Positions 8,097 through 15,244 of a DNA stretch of 45,293 nucleotides are shown piece after piece. The notes beneath the pieces are model-generated. The model searched no databases and was not told the DNA's origin. It saw nothing but the letters and a program-made list of their open reading frames with translations. The stretch is from a virus (Duplodnaviria; Caudoviricetes). Location of the stretch: IMG/VR virus record IMGVR_UViG_3300032303_001474, positions 1 through 45,293 of that record. One strand, written 5' to 3'. The translations under genes and the position numbers were made by a program. Each line of letters begins with the position of its first letter. Positions within the stretch are counted from its first letter, which is position 1.

Positions 8097-8531
8097 TTAT
8101 AAAGTGTCAGCTATGACGGGATCAAAAATAAGTTTCGCGATTGTCGTGCTGATTTGCACATGGTCTTTTTGTGACAGTTTTCCAAACGACATGTACGGAG
8201 GATTAAGTGGAAGAGATTGAATCTGACTGCACAAAGCGATCATACTTACTTTGTCTAAAACAAAATTATATTCAAACGGATCAAGCTTTGTTCGCTCAAC
8301 CGTTACGGGGATAGCAATAAAGTAACCCACGTGTTCATTCCAAGCCTTCGGCGTCAGGCACAACCAGCGATTAAGAGGGTTCTCTCTCCAGACTATTTCC
8401 ATTCGGTCAGGACAATCAACCTGCTCTGGGTTTGATATTTTATTTTCAGCGGCAGAATATTTACTTCCCCATACCTTTCGCTTCTCTTTTTTCTCGCGAT
8501 TGGTTGGTTTTGACTTTAAATCAACTCGCAT
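8097..8531 (-). CDS. mazF: MazF/PemK-like protein with atypical active-site loop
   Basis: PDRMEIVW, LCLTPKAWN, IAIPVT, PFE, IALCSQIQSL, GKL parallel E. coli MazF; start moved to ATG 8531 overlapping the antitoxin 3' end. Confidence 0.75.
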   Translation of the reverse strand: MRVDLKSKPTNREKKEKRKVWGSKYSAAENKISNPEQVDCPDRMEIVWRENPLNRWLCLTPKAWNEHVGYFIAIPVTVERTKLDPFEYNFVLDKVSMIALCSQIQSLPLNPPYMSFGKLSQKDHVQISTTIAKLIFDPVIADTL

Positions 8532-8778
8532 CACGCACCAACTTCCAAGGCTTTCGTTCAAGAGCTTGATCGATATAGCCTTCAACAGATGCAGTGTTTT
8601 CTATTTGGGGTCTTAAGATAATTTCAAAAGGGTCTGTGAACGCTAGACATTCAACATTCATCCCAGGCACTAGGCCTAGAGCTTCGAGTGTTGCTTTCGG
8701 CAGGGCAATAGATACACGATGAACCCCGTCATCGGTTATCGTTGAATTGCCTAAATTTAAGCGTTTATTAGGTGCCAT
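8521..8778 (-). CDS. mazE: AbrB/MazE-like antitoxin
   Basis: SIALPKATLEALGLVPGMNVEC..IILRP swapped-hairpin signature directly upstream of the MazF-like gene. Confidence 0.75.
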   Translation of the reverse strand: MAPNKRLNLGNSTITDDGVHRVSIALPKATLEALGLVPGMNVECLAFTDPFEIILRPQIENTASVEGYIDQALERKPWKLVRDAS

Positions 8779-8793
8779 AGCTTGGCGAAAGTA

Positions 8794-9258
8794 TCATAAA
8801 ACATAGCGTCGAACAAGCCCATGGCCGTGATACACGTATAGGGTTTTGTCATCAAATAACAGCATCGTCATTCCGCGCTTAGTAGCTTGAATCACGTGCC
8901 AGGGATGCAGTGGTGCCACATTAGCAAACATTTCTTCTAACGCATCGAAGTCCACAAACATCGTCTTGTCCGTGAGTCCGGTCAAAACTATGTCAAACCC
9001 CGCTTTTTTCGCTAAATTCAGCTGATTTTCAGTTGGTTCTTGGCTACTCAGCCAAGCTACTCTTCCTGTTAATTGTTTGGCAGCTTGTTCAATTAATGCT
9101 CTGGCAACCTCTGATTTTGTTGGCAAATCACCGTCACCGTTTGGGATTGCGTCATAAGCGATCTTGTCTAAAACTTGAACTAGGTTTTTGTCTGCTCGAA
9201 ACTGAATCTTACCTTGTGGCTTTCTAAACTTCGGGTTCTTCGCTGGATATTGGGGCAT
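8794..9258 (-). CDS. Ribbon-helix-helix protein with C-terminal alpha/beta domain
   Basis: KIQFRAD..LDKIA..TKSEVARALI RHH pattern. Confidence 0.6.
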   Translation of the reverse strand: MPQYPAKNPKFRKPQGKIQFRADKNLVQVLDKIAYDAIPNGDGDLPTKSEVARALIEQAAKQLTGRVAWLSSQEPTENQLNLAKKAGFDIVLTGLTDKTMFVDFDALEEMFANVAPLHPWHVIQATKRGMTMLLFDDKTLYVYHGHGLVRRYVL

Positions 9259-9457
9259 TATCGGAGTCCTTCAATTGGAATACGTCTTCAAGTTTTTGAT
9301 TCAATTTAACACAAATTTGTGTGGCTAGTTGCAAGTCGATTCGATGTAGACCATTTTCGATTCGGTGGATTTGTTGCTGGCTGGTGCCTACTGCTTTTGC
9401 CAGGTCCGCCTGTGATAGACCCATTTCGAGCCTATACTTTTTGACAAAATTTTTCAT
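9224..9457 (-). CDS. XRE-family HTH regulator (Cro/CI-like)
   Basis: GLSQADLAKAVGTSQQQIHRIENG. Confidence 0.9.
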   Translation of the reverse strand: MKNFVKKYRLEMGLSQADLAKAVGTSQQQIHRIENGLHRIDLQLATQICVKLNQKLEDVFQLKDSDNAPISSEEPEV

Positions 9458-9546
9458 ACCTCACCAGATAAGATCGAACCATAAAATTGGACTTTAGTAC
9501 AATCTTATAAATGCATGATTAGACAGGGGAAAATGAGGGGTAATTA

Positions 9547-9912
9547 TCAATCATCTATCCCAGCGTCTTTGCGATACTCGGCTAAAATAGCTTTATAACG
9601 ACTGGCAAAGTCACTATCAACGGCGCTACAAAATCTATTATATTCTTCAGTAGCATCGTCGTCACACTCATTCATAGCGCGTTCTATTTTGTGATTCCAA
9701 GCTATAAATTCATGATCCATCATGCTGTCTAAAGTCCTATCCCAAGCAGCGCCTCCCAAGTATGATTTGAAATACTGCTCTTTTTCCTCAAGCCATTCGT
9801 AGACTTTAACCTTGCTCCAATTTTTTGATACTGCTGGAAACGAATCCCATATACTGTTTTTGACTAAACAGTCGGTAAACTCGATTACCCAGTCGTCTTT
9901 AAATTTATTCAT
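9547..9912 (-). CDS. Hypothetical acidic protein
   Basis: Start moved to ATG 9912 (GGAG RBS); the upstream ORF extension overlaps an RNA structure. Confidence 0.65.
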   Translation of the reverse strand: MNKFKDDWVIEFTDCLVKNSIWDSFPAVSKNWSKVKVYEWLEEKEQYFKSYLGGAAWDRTLDSMMDHEFIAWNHKIERAMNECDDDATEEYNRFCSAVDSDFASRYKAILAEYRKDAGIDD

Positions 9913-9964
9913 ACCGTCTCCATTTCGTTCTTGATTATGTGAAATATTGATGTGAAGATCTTCT

Positions 9965-10034
9965 TGGGTCAAGTCACTGCGATGGCACTGCTCTGCATCC
10001 ATCATTGACCATTAGTCAGCTTTGACTTGGCCCA
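9965..10034 (-). ncRNA. Structured intergenic RNA (three-way junction)
   Basis: Closing stem UGGGCCAAGUCA/UGACUUGACCCA enclosing UGAC-UAAUG-GUCA and GAUGG..CCAUC. Confidence 0.45.
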
Positions 10035-10038
10035 CTTA

Positions 10039-10311
10039 TTACTTACGGATGACTTTTCCGACCTTTTCGCATTTGCAAGATTTGCGTTTACACGGTGTCC
10101 CGTGAAATCGAATTAGCTCCCAATGATCTTTAAATTGAGCAAACCCATTACCCCAAATCGTTCCATCATAACGAATCCAGCAATTTAAATTATGGCCAAG
10201 CAATATTTTGCGCCCATTTACCCCATAGGTGCCGTTGACGCCTTTTACTTCGGTCAAATAATTATCAGTAAAAACACCGTGATTATTTAACACTGCAATT
10301 ATTTTACTCAT
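10039..10311 (-). CDS. Hypothetical protein with Cys-rich C-terminus
   Basis: 90 aa, ATGA-coupled, GGAGG RBS. Confidence 0.6.
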   Translation of the reverse strand: MSKIIAVLNNHGVFTDNYLTEVKGVNGTYGVNGRKILLGHNLNCWIRYDGTIWGNGFAQFKDHWELIRFHGTPCKRKSCKCEKVGKVIRK

Positions 10312-10508
10312 AGTTTCAAATCCTCCACTTTAGGCAATTCATAGCCTATTAATTTTATCATCTCTCCAGTCTCGACCGGGTAATGTCCAATATTGGCGTG
10401 AACCTCTTTTTTGTTAGTAGGCTGCAAGCCGGTATGTTTATCAAAGTAATATAGCGTGCCGTGGCAATTGCTTAAGATATTCGCGGAGATGATGCAAAGG
10501 GTTAGCAT
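10308..10508 (-). CDS. Hypothetical protein
   Basis: 66 aa, AAGGGGG RBS. Confidence 0.55.
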   Translation of the reverse strand: MLTLCIISANILSNCHGTLYYFDKHTGLQPTNKKEVHANIGHYPVETGEMIKLIGYELPKVEDLKL

Positions 10509-10657
10509 GGTTTTACCCCCTTTAACAGTAGTTCTAAATCCTCTACTTGCATCATAGAAAGTCTATCTAATAGAGTTTTTCTAGTGGTCTCATTTGCAGT
10601 CGGAAACATTTTTAAAAAGTCGTCTAGTAATAGTTTGATTAATTCTGGTCTGCTCAT
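10502..10657 (-). CDS. Small hypothetical protein (51 aa, not in ORF track)
   Basis: MSRPELIKLLLDDFLKMFPTANETTRKTLLDRLSMMQVEDLELLLKGVKPC; AGGAG RBS. Confidence 0.65.
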   Translation of the reverse strand: MSRPELIKLLLDDFLKMFPTANETTRKTLLDRLSMMQVEDLELLLKGVKPC

Positions 10658-10681
10658 CGTATTTCTCCTAAATATCGAAGC

Positions 10682-10731
10682 TTAATTGCTTCCCAATACC
10701 CACCATGTAGGTGGGCATTAAGAGTAATTAA
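10682..10731 (-). promoter_or_regulatory. Long intergenic hairpin, possible RNase III site
   Basis: UUAAUUACUCUUAAUGCCCACC-UACAU-GGUGGGUAUUGGGAAGCAAUUAA, about 20 bp with G-U pairs, no U tract. Confidence 0.5.
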
Positions 10732-11111
10732 TAAAAATAAATCTCCCATTTTTGATCGCTGATTTTTACGCTCTCTAAATGTCTCTCGCCATATTTGTGC
10801 GCAAGGTATGTAAGCTTGTCACCAATATCGTCGGGGTAATCACGATCCCAGAAGCCAGCTCCGTGTCTATTGCGAGTAAGCCAAAAATCATGGGCAAACC
10901 CTTCAATGCCTAGCTCATAACAGTCAATTCCAAGCTTGCTAGCGTCTTTTATAAAGTTATCAAGGTCAGCCTGTGCCTTTATCCGTTCGCTTTCTGGGAA
11001 GTCATACACAGTCAGGCCGTCAAAATTGCCTTCGGTATTTTCCTCGTTTAAGTCACTAGATGACCACATAGCGCAGTCTAAATAGCTGAGTAATGGCTCG
11101 GTGATTTTCAT
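10728..11111 (-). CDS. Phage protein with HDFWLTRNxHGAGFWD motif, function unknown
   Basis: Motif HDFWLTRNRHGAGFWDR, which I recall from other phage genomes. Confidence 0.75.
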   Translation of the reverse strand: MKITEPLLSYLDCAMWSSSDLNEENTEGNFDGLTVYDFPESERIKAQADLDNFIKDASKLGIDCYELGIEGFAHDFWLTRNRHGAGFWDRDYPDDIGDKLTYLAHKYGERHLESVKISDQKWEIYFY

Positions 11112-11344
11112 GCGCGCACCTTCAATCCTTTTACTCGTGAAGTAATGCGAGAATCATTTTCGAGGTGCCAGATAGCCTCACGTACACTGGCAACTGACCA
11201 GAGCAAGGGAAAACGGCAACAGACGCCTTCCTTTTCGTTTCTCATCATCACTGCATAGTTATCCGGTTTTCCGAGTAGGAATATTTCAACGGGCATAAAG
11301 TCGCCGAAGTATCCGTTAGGGTATTTAAGGGTAGCTATTGTCAT
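11108..11344 (-). CDS. Hypothetical protein
   Basis: 78 aa, AGGAG RBS, ATGA-coupled. Confidence 0.65.
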   Translation of the reverse strand: MTIATLKYPNGYFGDFMPVEIFLLGKPDNYAVMMRNEKEGVCCRFPLLWSVASVREAIWHLENDSRITSRVKGLKVRA

Positions 11345-11406
11345 GGTTTGGGCTCCTGTTATATGTAAATAGTTGGATACTTGTGTACATAGCAGTCAAA
11401 AATAGC

Positions 11407-11591
11407 CTAGTTTACAAGGCTAGTAGACTTTGCCAAGGTTAATGCCTCGGCTAGTGTCTTAGCGTCCACTACAAAGCTATCGGCGAATGGATGCTTAGCT
11501 TTGTATTGTATTTTACTGATAGCCAACGTGCTATTTTCTTGGCGTTATTAAGGCTTGGATCGAGTTTAAACTGTTCTAGTAGCTTGTTCAT
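11407..11591 (-). pseudogene. Small early gene, possibly frameshifted
   Basis: GAGGT RBS, 40 aa ORF; deleting one AATAC copy (11501-11512) extends it to TAG at 11407. Confidence 0.3.
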
Positions 11592-11631
11592 ATAGGTGAC
11601 CTCTAAATAGGCATTATTGCCTTGCGCGAGG

Positions 11632-11660
11632 TAGTAACTTTAATCCGGTGATCGTGTCAA
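11632..11660 (-). promoter_or_regulatory. Putative early promoter
   Basis: A-run UP element, TTGACA, 17 nt, TTACTA (weak -10). Confidence 0.4.
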
Positions 11661-11961
11661 TAGTTTTTTTTGAGGGTAGTAAGAAAAGTATTGTGTTCTA
11701 GATTTGTGGTGCAAGGTGCTAGCCTTGTTTGCACAAGGTTATAAAGGCAGGCGTGCGATATGTGTGATTGTCAGAGTCTCTGAAAAATCGGAAATATTTA
11801 TTAAGTTACTAGTCGTCACTAGTTTGAGCGGTACTATCTAAATTCCCGAATATTATTATTGGCTTATACACAATAGAGCATAGGATGATTAGTCCTTTAA
11901 CCTAGCAATTCAATCAAGCTGATCGATGTAACCTATTGATTTTACTAGGCATCGCAGGTCT

Positions 11962-12062
11962 CGCGCGTGTGTATGCGCGCGTGTGAGGGGGCGTGGGTGC
12001 GCGCGTGTATCCTAAATATAATATGCATGGTGTATTCCACCACACCCCCACCCACTCACCAC
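11962..12062. repeat. Alternating purine-pyrimidine repeats plus G/C-tract element
   Basis: CGCGCGTGT at 11962, 11976, 12000; G tract 11985-11999; C-rich tract 12037-12062. Confidence 0.8.
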
Positions 12063-12302
12063 TTAAGCTGAAGCATACATCAAAGCTTGCCACTCTTTTC
12101 CTTTACGCACATACCTTGTATCTGCTTCTTTACCCGAGTATGTGTTGATCGTCTTTACTCGAGAAGAAAGCATTGTAGCTATTTTGATGGCTCCTGTCAT
12201 ATCAACGCATTGACCTTCTGGAAGATAAAACGTCACTGTGTTTTCATCTTCAATGTCTACATTATCCAAAGCGCACTTTAGTGTGTCATTCCAGTTTTTC
12301 AT
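12063..12302 (-). CDS. Hypothetical protein
   Basis: 79 aa, AAGGAG RBS. Confidence 0.7.
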   Translation of the reverse strand: MKNWNDTLKCALDNVDIEDENTVTFYLPEGQCVDMTGAIKIATMLSSRVKTINTYSGKEADTRYVRKGKEWQALMYASA

Positions 12303-12311
12303 GGTTACTCC

Positions 12312-12521
12312 TTACAACAAAGTTAAATCTCTTTCCCTTATAAACTCATAAAACTTTTCCCTACACGATTCAGCATTATGATCATCGGGGTTTCCATATT
12401 TACATACAGTCCTAAGCCACTGGGCATAGTCGTCCATCGCAGCAAGGAAGGCACTAGCTTGAACATGAAGCTCATACTCTTCATTTTCTTCGGGTAACGA
12501 GAACTCTAGGATGGCCTTCAT
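12312..12521 (-). CDS. Hypothetical phage protein (MKAILEFxLPEE start)
   Basis: 69 aa, GAGG RBS. Confidence 0.7.
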   Translation of the reverse strand: MKAILEFSLPEENEEYELHVQASAFLAAMDDYAQWLRTVCKYGNPDDHNAESCREKFYEFIRERDLTLL

Positions 12522-12527
12522 AACGCC

Positions 12528-12683
12528 TCACCATTGCCACAGTGTCATGGCTGTCTTACCGAATATAAAGACCAGGAGCATGATAAACAGAGCCAAAATA
12601 AACTCTGGAAGTGGCATTGAGTTTGATTTATGTGGGTGTGTCACGGCTGGTATTTTCCTTTTATTTTTGCGTGTGGGCTTCAT
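12528..12683 (-). CDS. Small membrane protein (51 aa, not in ORF track)
   Basis: Basic N-terminus then FILALFIMLLVFIFG; ATGA-coupled. Confidence 0.55.
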   Translation of the reverse strand: MKPTRKNKRKIPAVTHPHKSNSMPLPEFILALFIMLLVFIFGKTAMTLWQW

Positions 12684-12841
12684 GTTGTTGTTCCCTTCAT
12701 AGCTTTGACGTGTGTTAAAAATGCGCTTAGGTAATACAGCATGAGTGTGCTTTCTTGCCGGTGCCTGGGCGTTACTTTGACGGCTAGTTGAAGCAACATA
12801 ATGGCGATAAGTAATTTTATTTCTTCAAAGGCTTCTTTCAT
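12680..12841 (-). CDS. Small hydrophobic protein (53 aa, not in ORF track)
   Basis: MKEAFEEIKLLIAIMLLQLAVKV..; fills the gap between coupled genes. Confidence 0.55.
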   Translation of the reverse strand: MKEAFEEIKLLIAIMLLQLAVKVTPRHRQESTLMLYYLSAFLTHVKAMKGTTT

Positions 12842-13046
12842 TTTCCCACTCGATTTCTTCCAGGTTTAAAAGTGATTCACGAAACCGCATCATTGCTGCG
12901 TAGCCTGAGCCTGTAGCAGCGTCGATATGGACCCTGTCGTTATAGTAAAGGTCATGGGCTGCTGAGATGACTTCAACAATTGCGTCCCAGTGTTTCTCGA
13001 CACACCAGCTATTTTTGACGCATTTTTTTAGGTCTTTGATTTTCAT
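12825..13046 (-). CDS. Hypothetical protein
   Basis: 73 aa, ATGA-coupled. Confidence 0.6.
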   Translation of the reverse strand: MKIKDLKKCVKNSWCVEKHWDAIVEVISAAHDLYYNDRVHIDAATGSGYAAMMRFRESLLNLEEIEWENERSL

Positions 13047-13210
13047 TTACAGGCAACAGCTTTCGGCTCTGTATTCCAGACGTAATCGACCATCTCGGTA
13101 AGTAGGGAGATGACTGTGACTGGGTAGTAGATCGTCCCGAGGACTACGACATATAGACCGATGCCGACTGTGATCATAATTTTTACAAAGGTACTGCTTT
13201 CATGAAACAT
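13043..13210 (-). CDS. Small membrane protein (55 aa, not in ORF track)
   Basis: IMITVGIGLYVVVLGTIYYPVTVISLL; AGGAGG RBS. Confidence 0.65.
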   Translation of the reverse strand: MFHESSTFVKIMITVGIGLYVVVLGTIYYPVTVISLLTEMVDYVWNTEPKAVACK

Positions 13211-13228
13211 GTGGTTGCCTCCTGCTAA

Positions 13229-13262
13229 ATTATAAGCATAGCAACCTGACGGCCGTATTCAA
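13229..13262 (-). promoter_or_regulatory. Sigma70-type promoter
   Basis: TTGAAT-16-TATGCT with TGn extension, followed by TATAAT. Confidence 0.6.
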
Positions 13263-13750
13263 GTCCCTGATATCATTGATGTAAATATAGCGTCATTGAT
13301 GACCATACACTGCAATAGATAGCTATCCTCGAATAATTCAGCAAATAATTGTGCAAGGAATAGGCAAAATCTGTAAGTTTCTGATATCTCGTTTATAGAA
13401 ATATTTTTAACGAGTGATGTAGATTGCTGAGATGATTTTGTTTTTCAGAAAGTGCTTGACATTACAACTTTAGAAAGTGTATCCATATTGATGTCAGTCA
13501 ATTCACAACAGTTTGTCAGTTGTATGTTTGGTTAACGGCTTACCTATACTAAATAAATAACTAAAATAACACAGAGTAGATGGAGAACGGCTGATCATTA
13601 AGGTGATTGTGGACGCTTCGCTTGTCATGTTCTCTATCAAGTCAAACTTATTGGACGTGTTGGTTAAGTCAAAATAAAAAATAGTAAATATATAGCGAAG
13701 GTTCGCCCAGAGAACCTGAGCCACTGTGGGGGGGATAATGGAGTGGTGCG

Positions 13751-13942
13751 TCAATTTTCTCGTTGACGTTTATTTCCATGAAGTTTTACCCAAGCTTGGA
13801 TAGCTCCTTGTTTGGATTGTCTGATCGGGGAATGACATCCACAAGTGCAGATAACTTGGTTTTTATCATCTAATTGCACTAATAGTGCTGTTTTACTTTC
13901 ACAGAATCTACAAAACAATTTATCCATATCAATAGTCCTCAT
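13751..13942 (-). CDS. Lar-like (restriction alleviation) Zn-ribbon protein
   Basis: CRFC..VICTCG..SKQGAIQAW pattern. Confidence 0.6.
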   Translation of the reverse strand: MRTIDMDKLFCRFCESKTALLVQLDDKNQVICTCGCHSPIRQSKQGAIQAWVKLHGNKRQREN

Positions 13943-14026
13943 CTGTTTTCATAAGCTTGACACATTATTAACCATAGTGGAATATATTCAAGATACAAGG
14001 TTTGAAAACTCCGATTATTTATGACT

Positions 14027-14057
14027 CCCGCCGACAGGATGTTAGCGGGTTGTTTTT
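14027..14057 (+). terminator. Terminator-like hairpin in the leader of the Zn/HTH gene
   Basis: CCCGCCGACA-GGA-TGTTAGCGGG then TTGTTTTT. Confidence 0.5.
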
Positions 14058-14075
14058 AGGCTAGGAGGGCCGACG

Positions 14076-14414
14076 ATGGGTTGTCAAGTGTGTAACACTG
14101 AAGCTGTTCATGATCTTGCGTTCATTGATGACTTAAAGATCCCACTTTGTAGAACCCATCTATTTCTTGTGTTTCGCAGGTTTAAACGTGGTGACAAAGA
14201 GTTGATGCGTTACCGTTGTAAAGAGATTTGTGAGACTTGGAAGGTTCGCAGAAAACATAAGAACCGAAGTAAGGTTTGTGACCAAGTTCTAGCTAAAATA
14301 ACTGAATTAAAGTGTTCTGGTTATAGCGTTACGAGCATTGCTCAGACACTTGGGTTAGCAAAAAGCCTAGTTCACCGTTACGTGACCAGGCTTCAAGATG
14401 CGAGTGCTGATTAA
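14076..14414 (+). CDS. Zn-finger plus C-terminal HTH protein
   Basis: CQVC..CRTH; GYSVTSIAQTLGLAKSLVHRY; AGGAGG RBS. Confidence 0.7.
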   Translation: MGCQVCNTEAVHDLAFIDDLKIPLCRTHLFLVFRRFKRGDKELMRYRCKEICETWKVRRKHKNRSKVCDQVLAKITELKCSGYSVTSIAQTLGLAKSLVHRYVTRLQDASAD

Positions 14415-15244
14415 TCGTTATAGCGTTCCCATATTTTGTCAGATAAGTCTGGTGCAATCTTAGTTTCCACCACACGTTCAGCGATCATTCCAATGGGTGA
14501 GCAGATAAATATGACTGCTCCGAGTCCCCAAGTAGCTCCGGTACATACTCCCCAGGCTGTCCAGTAGGATAAAGCTCCAGCAAACGGTACAAAATGCTGC
14601 TTGTAATCTAGTTTTGTAATGAGTGTAGGGGGTTCACTACGAATATCACCGTCTGGATGTAGCACGATGGGTATGGCGTAGTTGAATGTTCTCAAATCTT
14701 CGAGCCTTGTCACCTGCATAACAAAGTCACCAAGCAGTTCTCTTAGGTCTTTCTCCAGTTTATCAAGCCATTCCCACATGGGCGGGTGGTCTCCGATGTC
14801 TTGGACTAGGCCGATAGCGTGATTGAAGGTGTAATGGTTGTAGTATTGTCCATATTCCTGCTCAATACGCCTTGCTTCATCGTAGTAACCCTTCTTTCTG
14901 AGGGTAAAAGCAGAGAGTCTGACCATGTTTTGTAGGCTTTTATCGACCATTTTAGCTGTTTCTACCCTGTCTGAGAGGGTGTTTTTGACCTCTAAAATGA
15001 CCTCTTTACGCTCGGTTTTATCCAGTTCAAAGGGTGGTTTATCGGCTGGAATGTCGATGGCCAAGTCTTTTTTGATGTTGGTTTGTTCATCTTTTGTAAA
15101 CCAGGGGATGTTGAGGTCCACGTTTGATTCCAAGTCGATGTCGTCAGTAGTGCCGTAGTAGTTGTCGATGTTGTTTGTCGTATATTGTCCACAAGCTGCG
15201 TTGAATAAAACGGCAATAAGCACACAAGAGAAAAACCTTTTCAT
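14411..15244 (-). CDS. Putative lipoprotein with C-terminal hydrophobic hairpin
   Basis: Signal MKRFFSCVLIAVLFNAA-C; YWTAWGVCTGATWGLGAVIFICSPIG. Confidence 0.65.
   Translation of the reverse strand: MKRFFSCVLIAVLFNAACGQYTTNNIDNYYGTTDDIDLESNVDLNIPWFTKDEQTNIKKDLAIDIPADKPPFELDKTERKEVILEVKNTLSDRVETAKMVDKSLQNMVRLSAFTLRKKGYYDEARRIEQEYGQYYNHYTFNHAIGLVQDIGDHPPMWEWLDKLEKDLRELLGDFVMQVTRLEDLRTFNYAIPIVLHPDGDIRSEPPTLITKLDYKQHFVPFAGALSYWTAWGVCTGATWGLGAVIFICSPIGMIAERVVETKIAPDLSDKIWERYND

Noticed and set aside
11345-12062. CRISPR mini-array in non-coding gaps
   Set aside because: No regularly spaced 25-40 bp repeats found by eye
13503-13754. 83-aa ORF
   Set aside because: No clear RBS or motif and lies in low-complexity AT-rich DNA; left uncalled although it overlaps the upstream stop
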